Shown here: positions 30,931 to 44,000 of the stretch, piece after piece | Position numbering within the stretch: the first letter of the stretch is position 1 | Layout: each line of letters starts with the position of its first letter | Assembly: GCA_964016885.1 (NCBI GenBank) | Contig: OZ024740.1 | Span: forward strand, 187,612,001-187,676,000 | DNA from: Eledone cirrhosa | Lineage: Eukaryota | Length of the DNA: 64,000 nucleotides | Direction of reading: 5' to 3' | Notes under the pieces: model-generated | Database searches by the model: none | What the model was told of the DNA's origin: nothing | What the model saw: the letters and a program-made list of their open reading frames with translations, nothing else | Program-made: the position numbers and the translations under genes

Positions 30931-31851
30931 CCTTATATGGGAAGATTGTAGTTGTCAAGAGGATTTGTAAAAATTTGTTGTAAACACAAATAAGTCTGTC
31001 ATGGCATTTGGTGGGAGGTAGGGGTGGCTGAACTTGCCTGTAGAACAAAGAGGGAGTGGGTGGAGCCGGTCAAGCGTTGAAAGTGAAATCTATACAGAAG
31101 ATTCTAAGAATAGTGTATGAAAAGTCAAAAGATTGTTCTGGAGAAAATGGAGGAGGGAAGTAATAGAATAATTAAGTCAAATGAGAGTAGGAGACAATAA
31201 AAAATAATAGAAAGAAATATAGAGAAAATATATAAAATTAGATAATGATAAATGAATTTAAAAAAAAACAGTAGAGTCTAGAGACAGCTGCTATAATTAG
31301 TAGGTGTTGCTTGTACGGCCAAAGCCATAGAAAAGGTTAATAAATTGAGAATGGAAAATACTAAATAAGAAATTGTAGAAGTGGGTAGTGAAAAAATATA
31401 ATGCAAACTTTTCAGGGGTCTAACACAGCTGCTATAAATAGTTAGTAAAGTGTAATCCGCCAATGCTATCTTACAATTACAGGTTAATAAGTTGAGAATA
31501 GAAAATACTAAATAAGAAATTTTGAAATTGTAGAATTGGAGTAGTAACAAAAATGATACAAAATTACAGGGGTTTAACACATCTGCTATAACTAGTTAGT
31601 AAAGCGTATTCGGCCAATTCTGTCTTAAAATTACAAGGGTGGGGGTACTGAGGCTACAGAGGCCCGATGGGCTGCATCGGGGTAGGTGGAAGGGGGAAAA
31701 CAGACGAGGAAGAAGATCGGAGGTGGAAAGAAGTGATAGGATGAGACAGGGGGAAGAAGACAACATAGAGGAAAAGAAAAGAGGTACATCTACCTATGTA
31801 AGCTGGGGTTTCCCGTAACTTATTCGGCAAGTGGGGGCTATCAGCCCTTGT

Positions 31852-33152
31852 CTACCCACCCGGGTCGTTATGGGGTTTGAGGGCGAGGTAAGTCCTACGC
31901 AATTTGATTTTGCATGCGGTTACCAGTTTGTCTTCCTTGTTTAGGAGTTGGTCCTTCGAAAACAGCATTTGTAATGTTTCCTCCAAGCATAAGTTACACG
32001 GACGGCGTCCTCCTGTGTAAGAGTTAGCTCTGGACAGTAAGTTCCAAGTGAGATTGTAGGTTATATTATTATCTTGGAGGTCCCAGATGTGGCCCGAAAG
32101 TGTAGTGGCATGTCGCCGGACGGGGTTTCTGAAAGTATGTCGGTGTTGGTAGAGCCGGGTCTTAATGTCACAAGCGGTTAATCCTATATAAGCTTTGTTG
32201 GAGGTGTCCGTCCTAACGTTGCACTGGTAGATCACGTTACGTTCTCGGCATCTGTTGTTGAGGGGGCACATTGATCTATCAGGGCAGTTATACCTCCTGT
32301 TCGGCTCTCCACTGATATCTATGTTATTTCTTCCATAGCGGTTGAGTTTTTTGTTGTTTGAGGAGACGATGTTTTGTGCGAAGTTAGGTGTGGTGCTGTA
32401 GGAGAGTTTGATGGTGTTTTTGTTGATTACGTCGTGGTAGCGGTGTTGTAGTAGGAAGTGTGTTTCGAGGAGCCTAAAGAAGATTTTCCCGATAGGTGTT
32501 GCCATTGTGGGGAGGATTGAACCACGCTACGTTGCGTGAGCGACGGTGTCGCCTGATGGTTCCGCTAAGGGAAGCTGGATAAACGGATATTTCCTACCGG
32601 AAGCCACTCCGCGTGAGGGCCTGATTGTAATGAGGCGCATGTTCTTCGAATATCTGCTCATTACCGGACAAACGAGATATGCGGAGGGAGATGTTTTTAA
32701 CCAGGTTTTTTGTGACGTTTCTAGAATGGTTAGAGCGGCGGTGGATGTAGTGCAGGTTGTCGTTTGGTTTCCTGTATGGGTTGTACAGCTCATTTTCGTG
32801 GTTAAGGGTAATGTCGAGGAAATTGAATCGGGTTAGGGACGTTATAGGGTGATTTTAAATCTCCAGTCTCGGAAGAAGTTGATAAGTTGTTTACGGACCC
32901 GGTCTGTACTACTGCTGTACCCTTCGAGGGTGAGGAGCCCATCATCTCGGTAAAATCCACCACCGAATGCAGGAAACATTTCGGTGAGTTTAAATAGTAG
33001 GAATGAGTGTTTCGGCAAAGTCCAAGGCGGCCGTAACGAGCGGTAAGGTAATAGATGCATAGTAACTCTCTATGTCAAACTGGATGAATTTTGTGTCTCG
33101 TTTGTCCTCCATATTCCTGAACCATGAGATTACTTCCTGAGTGCTGACCCAT
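31852..33152 (-). pseudogene. Fragmented PLE RT plus GIY-YIG endonuclease
   Basis: FIQFDIESYYASI, GFYRDDGLL, IKLSYSTTPN, CPLNNRC..VIYQC..AYIGLTACDIKTRLYQHRHTF..CNLCLEE; homologous to 8569-9273. Confidence 0.93.
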
Positions 33153-33158
33153 AGGATT

Positions 33159-33583
33159 ATTCCTACTATTTAAACTCACCGAAATGTTTCCTGCATTCGG
33201 TGGTGGATTGTACCGAGATGATGGGCTCAATGTGCCCCCTCAACAACAGATGCCGAGAACGTAATGTGATCTACCAGTGCAACGTTAGGACGGACACCTC
33301 CAACAAAGCTTATATAGGATTAACTGCTTGTGACTTTAAGACCCGGCTCTACCAACACCGACATACTTTCAGAAACCCGCTCCGGCGACATTCCATTACA
33401 CTTTCGGGCCACATCTGGGACCTCCAAGATTACCTACAATCTCACTTGGAGCTTACTGTCCAGAGCTAACTCTTACACGGGAGGACGCCGTCCGTGTAAC
33501 TTATGCTTGGAGGAAACATTACAAATGCTGTTTTCGAAGGACCAACTCCTAAACAAGAAAGACGAACTGGTAACCGCATGCAA
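33159..33583 (+). repeat. Inverted, internally deleted duplicate of PLE3 coding sequence
   Basis: 33159-33228 is the reverse complement of 32935-33004; 33227-33583 is the reverse complement of 31910-32274. Confidence 0.92.
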
Positions 33584-35410
33584 TGATATCTCTCCTCTTG
33601 CACACTGCATCCCTTTTATGCCTAATTTCTGTCACAGTTCATTTATGCTTTGCCATTCATGTATATTACTATTGAACATCTATTCTAGTATGGAGGCTTC
33701 ATTTCTTTCCAATCTTCACAAATTCTCAGCACACAGTGCCCAGGTGTTGCTACTGTGCAACATTTTTATTTGCATACAGTTATCATACTGTCTGCCTTTC
33801 ATTTTGAAGGAAAAACGTTTTGTAGTTGGCAGTGGTAGTAACTCCCTGAACTTTCTCCAACCTTTTCTCACTCTGGCTACTGTGCTTTCGAAACATACTC
33901 CTCCAATGCTAATTTGGTCACTGAGTATTTGAAGCAGTTTGTATCCTGAGAGCTCCTGCTACTTACTGCCCCTATGCACTGGCCACATGCAAAATAACCT
34001 TCACAAATCACTCATCTACTCCTAGTTTCCTAAGTGCCCACCAGATAATGGAATGGAGGACTGTCAAAAGCTTTTTTCGGGTCTACAAAAGTCAAGTAGA
34101 GAGGTTTACTCTATGGTAGGTACTTCTGCTGTTGTTGTCTTACAAGGAAGAGGGCATCTGTGGTCCTTTGTCCTAGTGAAAATCCAAACTGCATTTCATC
34201 TAGGTTAAAATGTTGCCTAATGAGCTTTTCTATAACTCTTTCAGTGACCTTTATAACCTGGTCAAACAACTTAATGACTCTATAGTTTTCTCTATCTAGA
34301 ACATGACTTTGGCCCTTGTAGCAGTTGACAAAGATGCTGCTATGCCAGTCATTGGGTATGAGACCATTTTGTATTGCTATAATACCATTATAAATATATT
34401 TGTTCAAGAATTTAGTACTGTATTCTCTAACAATTAATTTATATATATATACTTGGTTTACAATATATATATGCTTGGTTTACAATGCGGGAGATTATGG
34501 TCGGGCACACCATTCATGATTCTTTCAGCATCTCGACAACTATCCCTGAGGGTGCAGCTGCCCTGCCCATCTTCATATCCTTCATACTACAGCTGACTTG
34601 TACTGCCAGTCCCTCTGTTGGGTCGACATGAGGCTATATTTTCTTCCCATGCATTCTCTTCATTCAGTAATCTTTCATAGTGGCACTTCCTTGCTACCTT
34701 CTTTTAAGCATCAGTGAGGGCAAGTTTGCCATAATTATTTCAGACACACTTCACTATTTCCCAATATCACAATTTCCATTGACACACAGTCTTGCAATCT
34801 TGAACACTTCATGCCTTTGTTGCTCATGCTGCAAAACATGCTTACATTCTTTGTTTGCCACCTCCCTTCTTGTAAGGTACACTTGTCACCTAGCTTCTCT
34901 CCCAGCATTCTGGTAGACTCCTCTACTTCCACTATTTCGCTATTTCCTCCAAGTTTGTCTTTTGGCCTTGTCTCATCTACCTTACTATTCCACGACCAAG
35001 TCTCTGTCTTTCTCCATAGAGAACTACTCCAACCACAGATTTCATTTGGTGCCTTCAGTAGGTTATCTTTCAGAAACTCCCATTACTCCTCTATATTGTA
35101 TGTCTCTATTTGCTCTTCTTTACTGATGAAGGCATCAATCAAAATACTTCTAAATTTGTTACTGGTTGATGGGTCTTTTAACTCCTATATTCTTCTCCTC
35201 TAAGTTGTCTTCTATTGCCAGCTCTTTTAGCCCTGACTATGATGTCGCTAATTAATATGTTATGTTGGGAGGTGCATTCTTCACTAGGGAGGGGGACTTT
35301 TTTGTTCACAACAGTCACTCTGTCTTATCTTCTGGTAAGAATGAAATCTATCTGGTTGGTGTGCTCACCTGATTTATATGCACATGAGGAGATCAATAGA
35401 AAATATTTTC
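33584..35410 (-). mobile_element. Decayed RTE-clade LINE
   Basis: IPNDWHSS..CYKG..NYRVIKL..DEMQFGF..TTDALFLVRQ (34111-34407), YLTFVDPKKAFDS, endonuclease end QIDFIL near 35350. Confidence 0.85.
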
Positions 35411-36329
35411 TAGTTTAGCTAATTGAGATTTTAACTAATCTACCAGTTTACTGCTTGTAAGATTTCATGTTCATTGTTCTGGATTTGAAGGAATGTAAAC
35501 AAGTAAGAACTGCATATAATCCATATTGGTAATTACAAAGTAAAGCCAATTCTAATAAATATATTGTTTATAGCATCTAATATTGTTTTAAGCATTTCAA
35601 AACATAAGAATTCTACAATCCTGGAAAGAAATTAATCAAATCCTTCAAGTTTAATTTCTAAATACAGCTGTATTAAAAGCCAGGAAGATTGATTCATGAT
35701 AATAGCAGCTCTTTCATGATAACAGAATAGGATAAGGAAATTACATAGCAATAGTGAAGATTGATGAGGAGAAACTTCTAGATTATGCTGATTACCTTTC
35801 AGCATTTAACATTGTGTTCCTTTATGGTAAATAATGACTTCAGTTGTTGTGCTGTCATTACAGTAAGAATGTCTGTTATGAGAATATCATGGAAAGTCTT
35901 TATAAAATTGAAATCTAATAATTTAAAAAGCAAATTACTTTTCAAATTTCGTTTTTTAAAGAAAGCTGTTAAGACATAAAAAGTAAATGATATATATAAT
36001 TGTGATTGATTCAAAACTCAAAATATGTAATGATAGTGAATAAATAATTAATTCACTTTGATATCAGTTTTATTTATATCATTAAATATGTAGATATTTC
36101 ATGATGCTGTCAAAAGTATCTTTATCTGATCATATTTTATGCAGCCACAAGTGTTTTATTGAGAGAGGTTATTTAGTTTCATCAACAATTATGAATAATC
36201 TAGAATATCAGAATAGAGATATTAGATATTCTAAGCACCAGATTGAGACATGAAAAAAAGCAAACCAACTAACATATGCTAATTCTTTCATAAATACAAT
36301 TTAGTTAGCTGTACTTTAGTCATATAAAA

Positions 36330-36605
36330 GGTACATAGCTTAGTGGTTAGAGCACCAAATTCACATTCGTAAGATGTGAGTTTGATTCCTGTACCTGTTT
36401 GATTCTACTCAGCTGTAGAAATGAATTGTATCATCACTGGTGCCAAGCTGTATCAGCCTTTGCCTTAACCCTTGGATAACACTGGTGGTATATGGAAGGT
36501 GACTGGTATGCATGGGCTTCCACAAAAAAACCTTTCCTAGACTTTGTGCCTTGGAGGGGAACTTTCTAGGTGTAAATCCTATGGTCATTCCTGACCAAAG
36601 AGGTT
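36330..36605 (+). mobile_element. tRNA-derived SINE
   Basis: A box TAGCTTAGTGG, B box AGTTTGATTCC, CTCAGCTGTAGAAATGA. Confidence 0.6.
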
Positions 36606-39344
36606 CTTCTAGTTAGTCAGTCACCCCCCCCCCCCTTTTGCCATTCAATTTTCTTTGTTTTTTTATTTTATTTTTGCTTTGAAACATGGAAACGTTGATG
36701 AATTGGAAATTTCTATTAATTTAAAATAAATTTGTCATACCTTTCTCCGAGAAAATACACTGAAAACCAGTATGAGAGTTATTGACTGGTACATTGTAAA
36801 TATTCTATATTAAATAGAGGTTTGATTTATCTTACTGGTTCTACTCATATGTGAATATATAATGGTAACTATACAGGGATTCCTAGCATAATCCATTGGA
36901 TGTTTTTGCATTTTATTCTTGGATGTTGCTTCATTTGTGATTGTCCTTCACCATAAGACTGCAAATATTGAACAATTATTTCAGTACACATAAAAGACCA
37001 TGCAGTATCTTAATCGTTATCACTAAATTTTATGCGAGTTCAGTTATTTAGAAAAATAAATTTTAATAAGATTATGGATTTAACCTCCAAAAGTATCTGC
37101 TCTTTTTATAAACTTTAACTAAATGTAAATAGAATATATTATTGACATTGTAATAATGTTATGTTGAAATCTATCATACCTTTTATTAAAATCATTAATT
37201 AATTTTGCTCATTGAAAATGTTTACTTTTAATATCAATATTTGAAATTTTTCTTTAACTGTTTACCTGCGAAACTAAAGTAATTCATCAAAGTGATAAAG
37301 TAGAGATAACTGCTGTTAATCTTATTTTCCTATCTTACACATAATTAGTAACAGAAATAAAATATTTTTATTTACGTTATTTCTTTTCACTAAATCTAAT
37401 CACAAATCTTTGGAATACAATAACGTTTCTTCGTGTTTTATAGATATGCATAAATATTGTATGGATTGAAGTGTAAATAGTACAAACACTTTTATTTTCC
37501 TGCTTTAATAAAAATGTCTTTTTTGTAATGGAATTTTAAAGTTAGATCTTAGAAAATATTGCAAATTTTCAAGTGTTAAAGTAATTCCATTTCATACTTT
37601 CATTACCATAGGCACTATCTATGATTTTTTGATCATTTTGAAAATAATTAATATTTCACAAGGATTTAGGGATATAATTAAGATTTTTATTTTAAAACTA
37701 ATTCTTAGAACGTTCATAAAACAAAAGTTCATACATAGATTTATACTTGAGGTTTAAATGTTAATCTAAACAGTTTAAAATAAATAGTTCTGTATAATAG
37801 AACCAGGCATAGTTTCAAGTGTTTTGGTAACAAAAGACTTAATATGACAAAATAATCATGAAACAAAAATAATGAAGAGTTTAATGTAGATAAAATATGA
37901 TTTAGTTTCTGAAAATTATTTATTCATAGTTTTAAGCTACATTGTGATCTACATGATTTCTCTCCTATCAAAATATTCAATATATTTGTATGCATTTTAC
38001 TATTATGTATCAGCAGCAGAACAGAAAATGTTTATCTGTATTTCTTCTAAACAATCAACTCTTAGACATTAGCAATCATGTGACTCAACAGAAGAATATC
38101 AATGAAATATGAAAAATAAAACCTTTGGAATTTAGAAAGAATGCAAAGTATGAAATAACTCTTAAAAAATATATCCATTTCTTTAGGATATTTACAGAAT
38201 AATAGTTCCTTTATCATCGTCTGATGCTAATACTCTCAGTAAAAGTTTACTATGATACAAGTTTCTTATGCTTGTCTATAAAAAAGTGTTATTGGCAAAT
38301 TTATAATAAATGTCATTATATAAATTCATCTTGATATACATGTGCCATAAAAAGTGATATTTGATATATCCTCTAGTCATTTTCAATGAAGATAACCAAT
38401 ACTGAAAGTCTGCTGATATATAGTATCTAGCTGATATGAAAACACAATATCATTCAAACATTTAATTGACTGAAAGTTCTGAAGACACGTCTCTTCATAA
38501 CAGCTGTATAAAGTATTTTGAACTATTGCTAAAATGATTGTCTAGAATTCTGGCAGATGATGTATTTAACATGTATATATGTAATTGAACTACAACTTAT
38601 AATATTGTATATATAGATGTAAATGTGACTTTCCATCATAATCATCATCATTTTATGTCTGCTTTATCAAGGATTGCACTGACTGGACAAGAATTTTGAA
38701 AATTTTCAATTGCCAGATACCCTTGATGACACCAATCTACAGCTTATTTTAAGTTTGATATATATAGGTTTACTGTTCATTGAACTGTTAAACTGCCAGA
38801 CATATTGTTTATAGGGGATATAAACACCACTATTGGCTTTTATAGACGGTGTTATGATATTTACAATGATTCACATACCCCCCCCCCCCCCTCCACATAC
38901 ATGACAAGCTTCCTTACAATATTTATTAGATTCACCCACAAAACATTAGTTGGCTGTTTTAGAAGAGTTTTTCCCAGTGAATCACGCTATGAGACTGAAC
39001 CTGAAACCACATAGTTTGGAAGCATACCATACCTGTGCCTATATATGTGGATAAGAATCTATTTAGCATGTTTATTAGTTGATCCTACTTTTGCATTAAC
39101 CTGAGTTAATTGCATAAATTTCAATACTCTAAAATTCAAATTTTGTGTTGGATTTTATTGAAAAAAAAAGTGATACAAGTAATTTCATCAAATGTGATAC
39201 AAATATATATTCATATAAACATACATGCGTAAAAACATAACCATTTAAAATATTTTGTCTAGTTGAAACATCTAATATATATACTACATATGCACTCAAT
39301 CCTCTATTTTGACTTAAAATCAATCTAATTATATGTCATAGAAC

Positions 39345-39580
39345 TTGGTGATAGGAAATGCATCCATTGAAACAAATCATTGGGAGGTCTCTTTAGTTGT
39401 GTCATGACGTGAAAACGACTATTATGCACTTGGTATAATGTGAAACCATATGTAAGGCATATTCAGAACCCCCTCCAGCCTGTCTGGCAGGTTAGTAGCC
39501 CTGCTTCAGTACTGACTTGGTTGATTAAGACCCATCCAACTGTTGCTAGCAGGAAAAGCAAATGTTAAATGATGATAATG
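39345..39580 (+). mobile_element. Decayed SINE/RTE 3' segment
   Basis: TTGGTGATAGGAAATGCATCC..ACCCATCCAAC..GCTAGCAGGAAAAGCAAATGTTAAATGATGATAATG, similar to 50245-50392. Confidence 0.55.
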
Positions 39581-40564
39581 GTAGCTATTGAAAATATTAT
39601 ATCTCCATATAATTATATTGTATTTTCAATAAAATGTACTTGTAATAATAGGGTACCAGGATTTAGAACATATTTTAATGATAGTGATTAAAATGATATG
39701 TTACAGTTAAAATACACTGATGAATAAACATACCTACCCCCTCTTTCTCTCTCTCCCTCCCTCCCTTTCTCTCTCTCACACAATTTCCTCTTTCTTTTTT
39801 TTCCTTCTGTTACCAGAGAAGTTTATATTTTATAAGAGGTGAATTGAATTAATTCTGTTACTAATACTTATTCCATATGACCTTAAACATTAGGAAAATC
39901 AAATGCAGGTACTGATGAGAGGTGAGATTTGACCTTAAAAGTAAAGTATCTGACTTTGATTGTATTTTCCTTCCAGCACAGACACGACCCACACCACATT
40001 ACACCACACCACATATGCTCATTTGTTCACCCACACTCACTCACTCACTCATTCTCTCTCTCCAGGAATATGGTATTTGAAAACAATAATATATTAGTCA
40101 AAATATATTTGGCACAAACAAAACATATTTTAATTATAACTTATTACAGCAATCATAACCCATCAAATGCAGATGTATTTTATGTAAATATTGTGGAGAT
40201 GACATTAAATCCAAATGTGGCTTCATTGATTTATCTGCCTAATATAAATATATAAATTATGATCATTTTATCTTTACATTTGTTGGAGAACATTGTTTTG
40301 TTTTGTATAGTTTGGCAAGCAATAATGATTTCAACTCCATTTACTTGAAAAATTGAAATTCCCACATCAATTATGAAATGACAAAAGTGTAAATGGGTCA
40401 AGAGTCTAGGCTTTTAGTCTAAATTAACACATGCCTTGGATATAACTATAGCTAAGTAAATCTTTTATTAAAAATGTTTTGATTTTCTTTCTTTCCATTG
40501 GATTTTTCAAATTGTGTAGATGTAAAAAAAACAAGAAACAAAAATGTTCATTATTGCAGATGGG

Positions 40565-40782
40565 AAGGGTGGTGGATTGGCAGTAACAGTAGAGCATTGG
40601 AGTACATGCATAGAGTTACAACTGTTTATGTTCTGAGTTCAAATCCCACCAAGGTTAACTTTGCCTTACATCCTTATGGGGTTGATAAAATAAAGTACCA
40701 GTCACACACTGGGATCGATTTAATCGACTTTACCCTCTCCTCAAAATTGTTGGCCTTCTGCCTAAACTAGAAACCCTTATTA
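40565..40782 (+). mobile_element. tRNA-derived SINE, short-tail form
   Basis: TGGCAGTAACAG, GAGTTCAAATCC, GCCTTACATCCTTATGGGGTTGATAAAATAAAGTACC, GGCCTTCTGCCTAAACTAGAAACCCTTATT. Confidence 0.85.
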
Positions 40783-40897
40783 CAGAGAAAATAGTCTGAA
40801 AGATTGCACACTATTAAACAACTGACCTGACATATTTAGATATCTAATCAGCTATTGGTATAGATACAATGCTTGCAAGCCATAGAAGCAGTGTGAG

Positions 40898-41035
40898 TAG
40901 GGCCAGATTTATTGAAGCAGGGGCAGAGTGGGTGAATATCCTTGGCACTACTTGTCAAACAGTATCTCCTCTAGGAACAGTCCTGGGCCTCCAAGCCAAA
41001 CTGCCTTGGCTCCTCAAGGTTTAAATACTGCCCTG
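40898..41035. mobile_element. Short hAT-type MITE
   Basis: TAGGGCCAGATTTA ... TAAATACTGCCCTG TIRs; same family as 25270-25894. Confidence 0.55.
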
Positions 41036-44000
41036 AGTTTAAAACATATAAAAAGCTGAATAAAACATCAAGTTATCCTTACCTTTGTATGTCATTGTTG
41101 TGAGAGCAAAGAGAACTAACAAACTTGCAACTCAATCTGTAAATGAAAAGCTGAAGTACATATCTAAATATTCAATATCTTTCATATAAAATTTAATTAA
41201 CAGTACAAAAAATATGATCTTGTAAATAATGCATTTTCGACATTAACATATTTTAGATTTGAACCAAGCTATTTTTGCTTGTATCAGTAGTGGCCCACAG
41301 TTGAAGTTATTAATTCAACTCCCAATATCTTTATAAAAATGTGGGTTGTTTGTGTGCAACTTCAAATTTTATTCCACACACACACACATATCACTCTGAA
41401 GGTTTGCAGAATGTTGAAGTTTAATATATACAGCAACCATGTGTTTGAATTCATTTTTAAAAAGTTTGTAATAGTGTTTAAAAATGTATTATTTCTTCAA
41501 ATGATCTCACCTATTACTACTCTTTTGGTTTAAAAAAACAACCAATTTCATATATATGTGTATGAGCCAACAAAGAAGCCTTTACATGTTAGCTAAACTT
41601 ACTAGTCAGATCTACACCCTAGTATCTCCAAGTTTTTGCTATAGTACAAATGTTACCATGAAAATATAATATATTATGCCCTAGAGGTTACACTCCTGTG
41701 AGAACAATTTGCTGCTGACAATTGTTCCATTGCCAAATTACCTTTGAAGCCAACTGATTTGCCTTTTGAATTTAAAAGGCTTAAATTTCTTATCACTCAG
41801 GTTTGCCATAACCCTCAATAAATCTCAAGAGTAATCATTAAAAGTTGTTTGATTGAACCTGAAAGATCCAGTCTTTTAGCATTGTCATCTTTATGTTGTA
41901 CTTCATTCTAGCACCTTTTCTTTTTTTGAGGTGGAGATCATTCTTGGCAAGTTTCATTTTGTTTTACAAAGCTTTTTGCTGTTTATACAAAAACAAAACA
42001 CACTATTAAAGGGAGAAAAAAGAAAGGAAAAAGAATCAAGCAATCAAAGAAAGGGCAGAGGGTAGGGACAATCACTACACCTTAGTCTGAGCAGTGCCTC
42101 AGTTGCACCCCGCAGACAAAATAACAAAGGCACTATTGTGGAGAATGGCCAGTGACACTTGCTGCAACAGCCACCCCACCTCACAGGGCTACCTCCTCAA
42201 GTTGGATGCTGTCTTTCTGATTTTATGGAGGAAATCAGCAGTGTGGGGCCCAAGGTCATCACCAGTCTCAAGAGGGATTGGTTCAAAAAGGAAGTAGTCT
42301 GTTAGGTCCCGGTATATATCAAATCTCCCTCTCTTCTGTATTGCAGGCATCAGTGGAACTATTAGTCAAACAATTAGTAAAGTGTGCCACAATCTGCATG
42401 CTATCCCATGGTGTTACTTTGATAAAAGATCTATGTATTGCCAGGTACTACTACTAATCAAAATATAAATATAAACATTCTAAGACAGTTTTGTCCATTT
42501 AACTTTAAATTAAATTAATGAAGTTAAGACCTGTTTCTGACAATCCCCATGAACATAAGATAGTTATTGTATCACTCAAAATAAAATAAATAAGTAAGGC
42601 TGTAAGTTTAAATGTAATTATGCTAATATAATGTATTTACAAACTCTCCTTGCTGATTTAGAATAAAAGATGTGTTAGAATTGTGATGGAAATATATTAG
42701 TACATTCTGGTAAAGGTTTCGTAATTTGAAAGTGTGGAAATGTACGGAAAATTGAGAAGAACCTCTGCTTTTTAAATCAAGGTAGAATGAATTAAATGGT
42801 CTCACATGCATAGTATAATTTGTGGAATACTGAATAAACTATGTGTCAAACCATCTATGGAAATGTTAATAGATGAAAATAAGTAATTAATCTTTTGCAC
42901 CATATATTGACCTGTATTTATTTCTTTGATATCGTTAAGTATATCAGAATAAAATTAAGTATAAGATATAATTTTTAATATGATAGTTTGAAAACGCTTT
43001 TAAAACATGCTATGACGACTATCTCAAATTATCTCTTAAGTCAGAAAATAAAAATGTTTTGAAATTTTGATGTAGTTAACTGTAATATTTTGAACTATGT
43101 AAAACATGAGTAGTGCATATTGATTGGAATACCGTATGTGTTTTTATCTATATTAAACTTCAATTTAATATCAATTGATGTATTCTCCCTTCATCTTTGG
43201 TTGGCATATTGTTATGTATATGCAAAATCTTTGGTTATGTTTGAACTTGCCACTTCTGTTATATAAGATACAACATAATACCATAATCCATAATACCACA
43301 GTCATAAAGGATTTTAAATATGACCATAGACATATTAATTGATTCTTATATTTTGTGTAAAATACACCTTTTCAAATCTGGCATGCTACTTTAATGGAGA
43401 TACAATAATTGTCTCTATTATATCTTTTCTTAAAATCTAAAACTGATTTTCTATTTTGTTAAATTGATAGACATTTCGCTTTATTAGATAAAATAAACCA
43501 TTAAGACACATAGAAATAAAAGCTTGTGTAATATTCTATTCACACAGAGCTTGATGGTGACGAAAGAATGTTTCACAGCATTAATATAAATCTAAAAAAT
43601 GAAGTTAATAAATCTGACTGCATATTACTCTGCTAGTAACTCATCACAAAAAAAATTGTAAATGAATTTATAAAACTTCCCATGTGGAATTACTGCTTGA
43701 ATATATAATTTATATGAAATGTTTGATTTCATATAACAATTTTCCTTCTGCAGAATAGTAAATTACAGTAGAAAGAAAAGGTTAATATCTGTTTACATTT
43801 AAACAATCCTAGTTTGTATAACGATAAAATAAAAAGGTTAATTAACATGGGAAAATAATATATCTATTTGTTGTATTGAATTAGTTTTTGTTGATAAAAG
43901 AATTTATTTCAATGAGTACAATTAGTTACCCTCCAGCAGTAGAGATAGCTTATCAAAATTATCAGCAGCATATCAGATGCATACAAAAAGCAAAATAGGA

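Larger units (their letters stand above)
30819..33583 (-). mobile_element. Penelope-like retroelement (PLE3), internally deleted, with inverted 5' duplication
   Basis: RT motifs and GIY-YIG on minus, three ~145-bp tandem units at ~31284-31635, HHR at 30828-30930, 3' end next to the TA run at 30779-30818. Confidence 0.88.

Noticed and set aside
31785-31850. Minus-strand CTGATAG...GGGAAACC just after the PLE3 stop codon as an HHR
   Set aside because: No stem I pairing and no convincing stem III or cleavage triplet.
36330-36395. tRNA gene
   Set aside because: A and B boxes are present but there is no full cloverleaf, and it runs into a SINE body; the same applies to the other SINE heads.
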